Assembly: GCA_014905635.1 (NCBI GenBank) | Contig: CM026547.1 | Coordinates: forward strand, 3,782,001 to 3,846,000 | Direction of reading: 5' to 3' | DNA: 64,000 nucleotides | Source of the DNA: Scenedesmus sp. PABB004 | Taxonomy: Eukaryota | Shown here: one piece after another, positions 36,201 through 46,665 of the stretch | How the letters are laid out: each line of letters opens with the position of its first letter | How positions within the stretch are numbered: the first letter of the stretch is position 1 | Position numbers and translations under genes: made by a program | Notes under the pieces: model-generated | Database searches by the model: none | The model's input: only the letters and a program-made list of their open reading frames with translations | What the model was told of the DNA's origin: nothing

Positions 36201-38234
36201 ACCGCCGCCGCTGCTGCTGCCGCCGCCGCTGCTGCCGCAGCCGCTGCTGCTGTTGCTGCTACTGCTGCCTGCTGCTGGGGACGGTGCTGCCTGCGGCAGC
36301 TGCGGCCCTGGCTGCTCCAGGCGCTGCTGGCCTGACTGCTGCTGCTGCTGCTGCTGCTCCTGCTGCTCCGCCGCCTTGAGGCTGCTCGCCAGCAGCCCGT
36401 CCCGGCTCCGGCTGGGGCTCAGCACGCTGCCGGCGAGCATGGGCGCCGCCTGCGGCTCGCCGCTGCCCTCGCCGTCGGCGCGCGGCGCGGGCCCGCCCAC
36501 CGACGACGAGGAGCTGTCGCTGCCGGCGTCGGCTGCCGTGGAGGCGTCGGCCGCCTCGTAGGCGCTGTACGAGGCAGCCGAGTCGAGCGCCGCGTCCAGC
36601 TCCCGCTGCTGCACCTGGCGCACGCCGCGGCGCCTGCCGCCGCCCGCCGGGGGCGAGCTGACCTCAAAGCCCAGCTGCCGCACCGGCTGCTGCGTGCCCT
36701 TGCCCGCGCCCCTCCCGCTGGGCGGGCGCTCCGCCACTGGCGCGCCGTTGGCGTGTGGCGAGGCGTGCAGTCTCGACGGCGCGCGCGCCTTGGGCGCCTG
36801 CTGCTGCTGCTGCTGCTGCTGCCGTGCGCCCGCCGCCGCCGCCGCCGCCGCCGTGGCCGCCGTGCCAAGGCCCTCTGCCGTGAACGACTCGTCTGACTTG
36901 ACCTTGACTGAGTAGCGCGTGTCCAGTAGCATGTCCTGCAGCGTCGCGCGCGCCGGGTGCTCCGCCGCGCCGTCGCCCGGCGCCGCCAGCACGAGCGGCG
37001 CCCGGTGCTGCCGCCGCCGGCGCGGGCGCGGCGCACCCCCGCCGGCGTCGGCGCCGGTGCCGCCACTGCTGCTGCTGCTGCTGCCCGGCCGGCGCGCCGG
37101 CAGGCCCAGCCGGCCCAGCCGCGCCGCCGCGTCGCCGCTCCCCGGCAGCGAGCCCGGCGCTGCGGCCAGGCCCTCGCGGATCGCCGCCAGCACCTCCTCG
37201 GGCGTGAGCACGGCGGCGTCCGGCGCGCTGCCGCTGCTGCTCTCGCTGTCGCTCTCGCTGCCCGACGCGCCGACCCCGGCGGCGCCCGGCGCTGCGCCCG
37301 GCGCTGCGCCCGGCGCGCCGGCGGCGGCCGCCGCGGCGTGCTGCGACGCCTTGATGCGCTGCACCTGCTCCTGCACCGCGCCCAGGATGGCCTCGTTTGC
37401 GTAGGGTGCGCCCTCGTCGGAGGAGTAGCCGCTCGGCGGCGACATCATGCCTTGCAGGAACTCCTCGTCATCCGCGTCTGGACGCCACGCAACGCGGCGG
37501 CAGACGCGGCGGGCGCGGCGGCGCGCTCGGCGGCGGCCCGGGCCGCCGGCGCTGCACGGTGCCGCGGCGCGGCGGCGGGCTGGGCTCACCGCTGACAATC
37601 TCCATCGTCTCCGCGGCAAAGTACGCCTGACCGTACGCGCCGAGGTGCATGCTGAAGGCCGCCTCCTCGCCTGCGTGCCGCGGCGGCGGCGGCGGCGCAC
37701 AGTCGTGCCCCACGCCCGCGCGTCGTCATTGTCAGCGGCGCGGCGGCGGCGGCGGCGGCGCGCACCGTTGATGAGGATGTGGACGCGCTTGTCCTTGCTG
37801 CGCATGGGCGTGTACTTGCCAAACCGCACTGCGGCGGCGCGGCGCGGCGGGGGCGGCGTGGGCGCGGGCGGGCCCGGCGAGCGGCCGCGCCGCGCGCGGG
37901 CGGGCCGCGCACCGTAGAAAGGCGAGCACTTGAGGCTGCCGTCGGGCTGCTGCACGACCATGATGTCGATCGCGCCCGCCATGTGGGGCGTGAGGCCGTT
38001 CACGGCGCTCAGGATGGCGGTGCCGCCCATGACGACGCCGCTCTGTGCGCAGGGGCGGGCGGGCGCCGGGCCGACAGCAGCGGCGGCGCCGCGGCCGAAG
38101 GCGGGCGGTCGGCGCGGCACGGCGCACGCCACACGGCCTGCCAGCGCTCGGCCGGGCGCGGCGTGAGCGGGCATCCAGCGCCCGGCAGGCCGCACCTTGA
38201 GCGCGCTCGCCGCGCGAGCAGTTTTGCTCGACAT
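33298..38234 (-). CDS. PAH1: Lipin / phosphatidate phosphatase (PAH), multi-exon
   Basis: [45 protein letters not shown] catalytic [40 protein letters not shown]-terminal FWR motif. Confidence 0.95.
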
Positions 38235-38683
38235 CCTGGCCCGCCCGCGCCCGCCTGGGCGGCGTGCCCTGCTAATTAGCGACCAGCCGCCATGCCACGC
38301 GCGCCCCAGGCGCGCTGCGGAGGCCGCTGTGCGGGGCGGGTGCGCTTGGGCGTGGGTGCAGGCGCGCTCCCGTCTCCTCTCCCCAAGCTGCCGTCTCCTC
38401 GATCAGCGCGGTGGGCTGAGGGGGAAGCCGCGGGCAGGCCAGAAAGCCGAGCGCGTGCGTCGGCGGGCCGCTTGAGCCCTCGAGCGCGCCCGCCTACCGC
38501 CGCCGGGCGGCGCCGGATGCACAGCCCAGCCCGCCCGCCCCCGCCCTCCCACGCACACTCCTCCCCTGGCTCTCTCCATCGGGCGCAGGCAGCGCGAACG
38601 CGGCGTCGGCGCGCGCGCAACCGCCGCCGCGACGCTCGAACGCGGCGCCGGCGCGCGTCGATGCCGTAGCAGCAGCCCGCGCC

Positions 38684-41600
38684 ATGGCGACCGACATGCT
38701 GCTGCCGAGCAGCAGCCAGTTCTTCCCGGCCGGCGAGCTGCCGTTCGCGAGGTGCGCGCACGGGCGGCGCGCGCCAACAACGGCGCTGCGCGCCAACCGC
38801 TGCGTGCGGCGCAGGCTGCGCCGCCACCGACCCCCCGGCCCGCTGGTCCGCACGCCACGCGCAGCAGCACCAACGGCGCCGCGGCGCCGCCGGCGCCGGG
38901 GTCGGACTCTGGCGAGGCGAGCGACGACAGCGGCGCCTGGGCCCGGCCGTCCGCGGCGGGCGGCCTGGACGCGGCGCTGCTGCAGCGCCTGGCCGCCCAG
39001 CCGCTGGGCGACGGCGGCAGCGGCGGCGGCGCGCCGCCCCGAGCACTGCGCTGCTGTCGCTGCCGAGCGACAGCGCGCGCGTCAGCCTGGGCGGCGCGAC
39101 CGCGGCGCGGCTGATGATGGCGATGGGCGGCGCGCAGGGGCCGCTGCAGCCCATCCAGGAGGAGCGTCTGGCGGGGCGCCTGTCCTTGCCGGACGCGCGC
39201 GCCCGCGAGCTCCGCGGCGGCGCGCGGCCGCTCGGGGGCGGCGCGTCCGCGCTGGACCTGGGCGGCGGTGGCGGCGCGGACGGGGAGCGCGTCTCGGCTT
39301 CGGCGCCGTCCAGCCCCGACCACGGCAACAAGGCCTGCGCCGCCGCGCACCAGCGCTGCTTGGCCGCGGGCAAGCGCCGCCTGGCCGGCGAGCTGCAGGC
39401 GGACGAGGTGCGTCGGCGGCGGCGCGGCTCGACAGCGGGGCGCAGCGGCCTGCACCTCCGCCGGTGCTGGGCTCACCCGCGCCGCCACGCCGTGCGCTCG
39501 CTCTGCGCCAGGGCGTCCGCAGCAGCTGCCCGCTGCCACACGGCATCGTGGCGGGGGCGCTTGGCGCGCAGCCCGGCAGCCTGAAGGACAAGCGGCCCGG
39601 CAGCGGCAGTGCCATGGAGCAGCTGCTCCAGGTGGGGGGTCCCCGCCAAGCTCATGAGCGGGGCGGGCCGCGCAGCTGCACCGGCGGCGCCCGCGTGGCG
39701 CTCACACCGGTCCTCCTCCTCCGCTGCCGCCGCCGCCGCCGCAGGGCGAGATTGAGCGTCTGGCCAGCTCCAACAGCGACCTGGCGGAGCTGCTGGCCGC
39801 CGCGCGCAGCGGCAGCACCACCAGCCAGCAGCAGCTCGCGGCCGCGCTGGAGCAGCTGGCGGACGCGCAGGACCAAATCGTGGCGCTGCGCGCCCGCCTG
39901 GCAGAGGCGGCCGCGCAGCTGGTGGAGCGGGCAGACCTGGCGGCGGCGCTGCGGGCAGAGCTTGCCTCGTCCGACAAGGCCCGTGCGGGCCTGGCGGAGC
40001 AGCTGGACCGCCTTGCAGACAAGGTGTTTGATGTCGCTGTTGCTGCCGCTGCGCGCACTCTGGCCGCGGCTGCTGGCACGCGCAGCGGCGGCTGCTCACT
40101 CCGTCACGCGCGCCCCGGCCCCGGCCGCAGGTCGGCACGCAGGAGGGCCAGCTGGAGTACGCCCACAAGCAGCTGGACGCGGCGCAGGCAGAGGCGCGCG
40201 CGCAGGGCGAGGCTGCTGCCGCTGCCACGGCCGCAGGCGAGCAGCTGGCCGCGCAGCTCGACGCCGCACGGGAGGAGCTGGCGGCCACGCGCCGCGAGCT
40301 GGATGGAGGTGGGCCGCCGCCCGGCTGCCGCCTCGCTCGCGCAGCAGCTGCTGCGGCGTGTGCGGCGCCTGACCGGCAACGCCTCCCGCCCACAGTCACC
40401 AGCCGCCTGTCGTCCGAGGCCACCGACGCAAAGCGCGCGGGCGACGAGTCGTCTGGCCTGCGCCGCGACCTGGCGCAGCTGCAGGCGGAGCTCAGCCGTG
40501 CGCGTCAGGACGCGTCCGAGGCGCGGGAGCGTGCGCGCCAGGCGCAGGCCGACGGCGAGCGCCGTGTCGCGCAGCTCGAGGGCGAGCGCGCGGAGCTGGC
40601 ACAGCAGTTGGGGGTGAGACCACCGCGCGGCTGCGTGGCGGCCGCGCGCGCCTGGGGCCGGTCGGCGCGCGTCACACACGCGCGCGTGCGCCGCGGCCGC
40701 CCGCGCAGGCGCTGCGGGACCGCGCCGCCGCGCTGCAGGCGCAGCACGACCGCGCTCGCGAGGCGCTCGCGGCGGCGGAGGGCGACAACGCCACGCTGCG
40801 CGGCGACGTCGCTGCGCTGCTGGGCTGCAGGCAGGAGCTCGTGGAGGCGCGCGACCGGCTGCGCCAGCTGCAGCTGGAGAGCGGCAGGCGCGCGGCCGAG
40901 CTGGAGGCGGCTGCCGCCGACCTCTCGCAGCAGCTTGCGGTGAGGCGGCGCCCCCGCGGCCTGTGGCGGCGTTGCCTGCGCGCGCGCGGCCGCTTACGCG
41001 CGCGCGTCCGCGTACGCGCGCCACTCCGCCGCGCAGTTCTCGCGCGCGCAGGGCGACCGCCGTGCGCAGCAGCTGGCGGCGGCAGAGGCCAACTGCGGCG
41101 CGCTGCACGCCGAGCTGGAGGCGGCGCGCCACGCGGCCCAGCAGGCGGCGCACGACGCGGCACTGCAGAAGCAGGGCCTGCTGCACCAGCGCCAGGCGGC
41201 GCTGCACCAGCAGCAGGCGGCCATGCAGCAGCACGTCGACCGCCTGCAGCAGCAGCACCAGCAGCAGGTGCAGCAGCTGCAGGCGCAGCTCGACCGCGCG
41301 CTGGCGGCGGTGTCTGCGTCGGCCGCGCGCGTGCCGGTCCTGGCCGCGATGGCGGGCTGCGGCATAGGCAGCTATGACGGCGGCGGCGTTGACGCCGTCG
41401 GCGCCGCCTCGGCCCACGGCCTGCTGGACCACGGCCCGCTGAGCAGCGGCGTGCTGCGCGGCCAGCGCAAGCTCACGTTTGAGGACGAGGCCCTGCCGTC
41501 CTCGCCGTCGGCGCTGCTGGCGCACGGCCACGCGTCGCCGGGCGCGCACGACGCGCCGGCGCACCACCACGCGACCTACAGCTGGTCGCCGGGCCCGTGC

Positions 41601-42191
41601 GGCGTGCCGGCGCAGCAGCAGGCGGCGCTGGGCAGCCCCGGCTGCGAGGTGTCCGCCTACTGGCCGGCGGCCGGCGCCGGCCAGGGCGGCGACGCGGCGC
41701 CCAGCTCGCCGCCCGCCAGCCCCAGCGGCCGGGCGGCGCAGCTGCCGCAGCAGCCCCGGGCGGCCGCGGGGGCGGGCGGCGGCGACACGCCCTGGTTTGC
41801 TGGCGGCTCCAGCGGCCGCACGCCCGCGAGCAGCAGCAAGTCGGCGGCGCCGGCGTCGCCGGGCGCGTCGTGCGGCGGCCCCGGCCGGCCGCCCAGCGCC
41901 GCGGCGGGCGGCCGCCCGGGGCCCGCCCCGGCCGGGGCGGGGGCGTCGCCGTTCGGGACCGACATGACCGCGGCGCAGCTGGCGGCGCACACGAAGCAGC
42001 TGGAGGATGACCTGCTCGTGCTGTGCCAGGAGAAGGACGAGCTGCTCCGGGAGCACGCCAAGATGCCGTTGGGCTCGGGGCGGACGATCCGGGAGAAGCA
42101 GCGCAAGGCGGCGATCGAGGCGCGGCTGGAGGAGCTGGCCGTCGTCATCAGCAGGACGCGCATGGCGCTCAAGCGCGCGCTCGGCAAGTGA
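38684..42191 (+). CDS. Long coiled-coil protein with MPHOSPH9/enkurin-like C-terminal hairpin, multi-exon
   Basis: Heptad-rich exons; ends LEDDLLVLCQEKDELLREHAKMPLGSGRTIREKQRKAAIEARLEELAVVISRTRMALK. 5' exon structure uncertain. Confidence 0.6.
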
Positions 42192-42911
42192 GGGGCGGCG
42201 GGGCGGCTGCGGGCGCTGCGGGGCGTCGGGTGACGCGTGCCGGCGGTGGTGGTTTTTCATTCGCGTGGTTGACTGCGCTGCGTCTGGCCGCGTGCTGTTG
42301 TGCGCCGTCGCTGGGCTGGTCGGGGGTCCATCCTGGGACGATCTGGCAATCATCGAGCACACAAAGTCGGCGGCGTCGATCCCGCAGCCAGGCCTCAGGC
42401 CCGAGGCCTGGCGCGCGCCGCGGCTTGCGGTGGCTGCCGCGCGCCCACGTGCCCTCGCGCGCGTGTGCCATCGGTCACGCCAGCCAGCTTCAGCGCCCTT
42501 CCCGCCCCTGCCAGCCCCGCCCGCGCCGCACGCGCGCGCTGCCTGCGCAGCGGCGGCCGGGCTGGCCGCCGCCACCCCACGCCACGGCGACGCCCGGCAA
42601 CGCCCGCCCGGACCCAGGTTACGTCGCGTCATTAGGATTTGATGCCCGCCCGGGCGCGCCGGCCGCACGGCACACTCCGGTGCAGCGGATTTGCTGGGCC
42701 GGGAGTGCGGGAGTTTGATGATGGCTTTGCGGGGCCTGCGCTCGTGCGGCGCGATAAAGGCGGACTCGCCGGAGCCTTCACGACACCCACAGCACGCCTC
42801 ACGAGCCTCACGCACAGCCCGCTGCTCAGGACCGAAGCCACTCTTTCGCACCGCCGTTCTCGAGCGCTCGCCGCTCTCCAGCTCCGCAGCCTGCCTCCCG
42901 CGGCGCCTGAC

Positions 42912-43725
42912 ATGGCACGCAGCAGCCCGTGCCGGCTGGCGGCCCTGCTCCTGCTCGCCTGCGTCGCTGCCGGTGAGCCGCCGCTGCCCGGCGGCCAGCG
43001 GGCGCGGCAGCGCCTGATGCTGCTTGCCTTCCAGCCTCTGTCAGCCTCCACGCCTCGCTCGCACGCCTCTCACACTCACGCCGCCCGCCGCCCTGCGTCC
43101 CCCCGCAGGTGCCGACGCGCGGCGCCTCCTCCTGCGCGCCACGCCCAGCGCGATCAGCGCCGCCGCCGACGCCGCGGCGTTCAACCACGCGCGCATCGCC
43201 GCCGCCGCGGAGGGCGATGGCCCCGCGCACGAGGCCACCGACAACGAGCCGCGCATGCTCCTCTCGCGCGCCGAGAAGCGCGCCAGCCGCGCGGCGTTTG
43301 CCCACGAAGCAGCCCACGACGCAGCGCACGAGCGCATCAGCGACACGGCCAGCGCCCGCGTGGCTGCGTTCGAGGACGCCAGGCCCTCCCTGGAGGCCGA
43401 GCGCCGCATGCTGATTTCGCGCGCCGAGAAGCGCGCCCAGAACGCGCACGAGGCCTCGCTGGACACCAGCGCGGCCATCGCGCACGCGGCCAGCGGTCGC
43501 GCGCCTGCGTTTGAGGCCACGTCGCCCCAGGTGGCGGCGCGGCTCAACAGCCGCATGCTGATCTCGCGCGCCGAGAAGCGCGCCCAGAACGCGCACGAGG
43601 CCTCGCTGCACACCAGCGCGGCCATCGCCCACGCGGCCAGCGGTCGCGCGCCGGTGTTTGAGGCCACGTCGCCCCAGCTCAACGCGCGGCTCAACAGCCG
43701 CCTGCCCGCTGCCGACATGTTCTGA
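42912..43725 (+). CDS. Secreted repeat protein / candidate prepro-peptide, copy 2 (exons 42912-42972, 43109-43725)
   Basis: Same structure as copy 1; 147-bp (49-aa) internal tandem repeat starting at 43405 and 43552. Confidence 0.8.
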
Positions 43726-44087
43726 TGTGTCGCCGACATGTTCTGATGGCGCACGTGTGTGCATCTCAAACGCACGTCCGAGGTGGGCAGGCCACCGCCC
43801 GCACTGCACCCAGTGCGAGGCTCGATTCCTTGTGGTGAACGCTACGTGTCTCGTGCAGACTTGGCGGTCAGCCCTTTGTTGACCGGCCGCAGAGATGTGG
43901 CAAGCAGCTTTCTTGAGGGGGAGGCTTTGCATGGCTGCCGCACAGGCAGCTTCCCTGCACTCGGTCGGCGGTGTCGTGCACGTGGAGTTGGTTTGAGGCG
44001 CGGTGCTGGTTTGTGGCAGCTGCCCGAGGCTGGCCAACGCTCGCGCCCGGTAATGAGTGGTTACCGACGAGCCCTGAGGGCCTGCGC

Positions 44088-44254
44088 TCAGCCCGTGTGC
44101 GCAGACCCCTTGCCAGCCGGTGCAGGTGAGCCCAGATCCGCGCTCTCCGCAGGCTCCGCACTGCGGCTGGCAGCGGCGCGCTCACCAGCCGTGGCAGCTG
44201 CTGTGGCACCTGCGGTCGCGTCGGTCGCGCACGGCTCCCCAGCTGCCCCTGGCT
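44088..44254 (-). pseudogene. Captured 3' fragment of the CLEC16A last exon
   Basis: Translates [31 protein letters not shown], matching the C-terminus at 28927-29096, with no upstream exons. Confidence 0.75.
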
Positions 44255-44292
44255 CAACGCAGCAACCCTCGTCAGCCTCGGCGGCAGCGGCA

Positions 44293-46250
44293 GCGGCAGC
44301 GGCGGGCAGGCGCGCGGTCAGCGGTGCAGGGCGCAGGCGTGGCGCGCAGCCCGCCGCCGCAGCCCCTGGGCCGGCAGCCCCGGCCTGCCCGGTGCCAGAG
44401 CCGCCCGCCAGGAGCCCGCGATTGGGCGCAGGCACCGCCGCCATGGCCCGGCCGGCGTGACAGCGGCGGCCGGCGGCCTGCGGCAGCAGCGATGCTGAAA
44501 AACAAGAGCCGCTCTGCCGTGCATCGCGGCCACGCTGCACGGCTGCTGAAGCAGATCAAGAAGCGGGAGGCGCAGCTGCGTCGGCTCGCGGAGGAGCGCG
44601 ACGCCATCGCGCCTGAGGTGGGCCGCGCCGCCCCGTGGCTGCCTGGAAGGGCCCGTCGCACGGGCCGTGAGGACGGCGGTTATGCGGGCCGCGCTCTGCC
44701 GCAGCGGCAGTGGCTGATCCGGGCCCTCCCGCACGCAACGCCTGGCGGAGCGGCAGCAGCAGCAGCCGACCGCCGCCGCTGCGCCGCCGTCGCCGCACCC
44801 TGCCGCAGCATGACCTCCTGCAGGCGTACGTTAACACCATGGGCTGGATCAGGCAGCATCTGGAGGGCCAGCAGCTGGCCGCGGCCGCCGAGAGCGGCGA
44901 CGCGTCCGGGCCGCTGCAGCTTGCGGCCTCAGAGCTGGGCGCGGACGGCGAGGAGCTGCTGCTGCTGGAGCAGCTGCGCGCCGCCTCGCTCAGTTGCGGC
45001 CCGCGAGCAGGGGCGGCTTGCCAGCCGACGGCGCCTGAACACAGCAGCAGCGACGGCGACAACGCGTCCGAGCTCGGGCACGCGGCGGCCGCAGCGGCAT
45101 ATGAGCGCATGGCGCCGCCGCACGACCCCCTGCGCTTGGCGCGGCACATACTGTCACAGGTGCGGCAGAGCAGGCAGCGGGGGCCACACGGGCGCAAGCG
45201 GCCGTCGACCCCGAGCGGCGCCCGCGGCGCTCCGCCCCGTGCGCAGCCCGCGCCGCCCGAAGCGCTGACCATGACGGTTGAGGGGCTCAAGCAGCGCCAC
45301 GATGAGGTGAGGCCGCACACAGACAGAAGCAGAGCGCTGAGCAGCCAGCTGCGGCGCCTGCCGCGCGCCGCCGCGCGTCGCGTGCCGCCGCGCGACCGCG
45401 CGACGCGTGCTGCGCAGAGCTCTCGCCTGCGCCCCCACGCCGCGCGCCTCGCAGATCGTGCGCCGTGCGGCTGTGGCGCTGCATCAGCTGGACGCGGCGG
45501 GCCCGTTGACGGGCAGCTCGCCGCCACTGGAGCAGCTGCATGAGCTGGCAATGCAGTGGATTGTCCTGCTCGGGCAGATGATATTGTGCGGCCGCAACAA
45601 TGTGGTCCTGGCCAGGCATGGTCAGCACGACGCTGAGCGCGTCGCGCACGCGTGCCGCGCCGTGGGGCTGTCGCCCGACCAGGTGCGCGACATTGTGGCC
45701 GGGCTCAAGGTGTTCCGCCGCGTCCACGCGCCCATCACGAGCAAGCTCTGCCAGCTCTTCACCGAGGTGGGCCTGCCCCCGCCGGGCGCCGCCGGCGCTG
45801 GCGCCGGCGCCGGCGGCGAGGCGCTGCTGGCGAGCAGCATGCTCCAGCACCTGGGCAGGGAGGAGGTGCGGGCGGAGCGGCTCCGCGAGGTGCAGCTGCT
45901 GCTCGCCAAGTTTGGGCTGCTCGGCGGCATCGCCGGCGCGCAGCTGTTTGGCGTGCTCAGCTGCCACCAGTTTGCGCGGCTGCAGGTGCTCCTGCACCCC
46001 CACACAGTGAGCGCGGTCGCGTTTGCCGGCGCCGTGGTCGAGGCGTACGCGCAGCCCGCGCCCGCGCCGGTGCTCAAGCAAGAACCATAGCTGGTGCGCC
46101 GGCGCCGCTCACAGTGGCGTGGCGGAGCTGGACGAACGGGATTGCAGATGTCGCTCACATCCTGAACGGCCGGTCAACTGGCGCCTCACTTCTTGCACAA
46201 ACGCGCGCCTCGGCCGTGGCACCTGGCTCACACGCGGCAGCCTTCCGCGT
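44293..46250 (-). repeat. Inverted copy of segment B (31100-33082)
   Basis: Reverse-complement identity across exons, introns and part of the 3' UTR. Confidence 0.92.
44492..46090 (+). CDS. bZIP-like protein with DOG1/TGA-like C-terminal domain, copy 2 (exons 44492-44617, 44809-45306, 45455-46090)
   Basis: Intact frame and conserved splice sites relative to copy 1. Confidence 0.65.
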
Positions 46251-46665
46251 CGGGTTTTATCGCCTGTGACCTCCTTGCGTCGCCACTGTTGGGCTGCTGC
46301 GGCACTGTCTCTCTCTCTCTCTGTCACGGCAGCGGCATTGGGTGCCGCTGGTCCCACTTTTTGGGGGGGCGTGCATCATCTGTTGCTGCATCGGCCAAGC
46401 TGGGTTGAGCGCTGGGCAGCTGTGCAACTGGGATCGCCGACGGCTGCGCCGACGCGTCCTCGCGCGTGTGAGCGCTGCGCCGCCTGTCGGCGCCTGGCAG
46501 CAGCGGCGCCTGCTGCGCAAGGCTGGCGCACACGCGCCTGTGCCCGAGGTAATCTCTCCCGTTACCGCCGCGGCCGCGGCAAACCCTGCGCAACACATCC
46601 TGCCTGGCGCCGCGGCGACAACTGCAGCTGCAGCGCCGCCGCGGCGCGCGCGTCGCGCTGCGCGC

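Larger units (their letters stand above)
42443..44254 (-). repeat. Inverted copy of segment A (28927-30708)
   Basis: Reverse-complement identity, e.g. GGTAATGAGTGGTTACCGACGAG at ~44049 vs 29114-29136. Confidence 0.93.

Noticed and set aside
28927..46250. Large inverted repeats as the termini of a giant transposon carrying lipin
   Set aside because: The repeats are permuted rather than mirror-image, contain host genes, and no transposase or TSD is visible.
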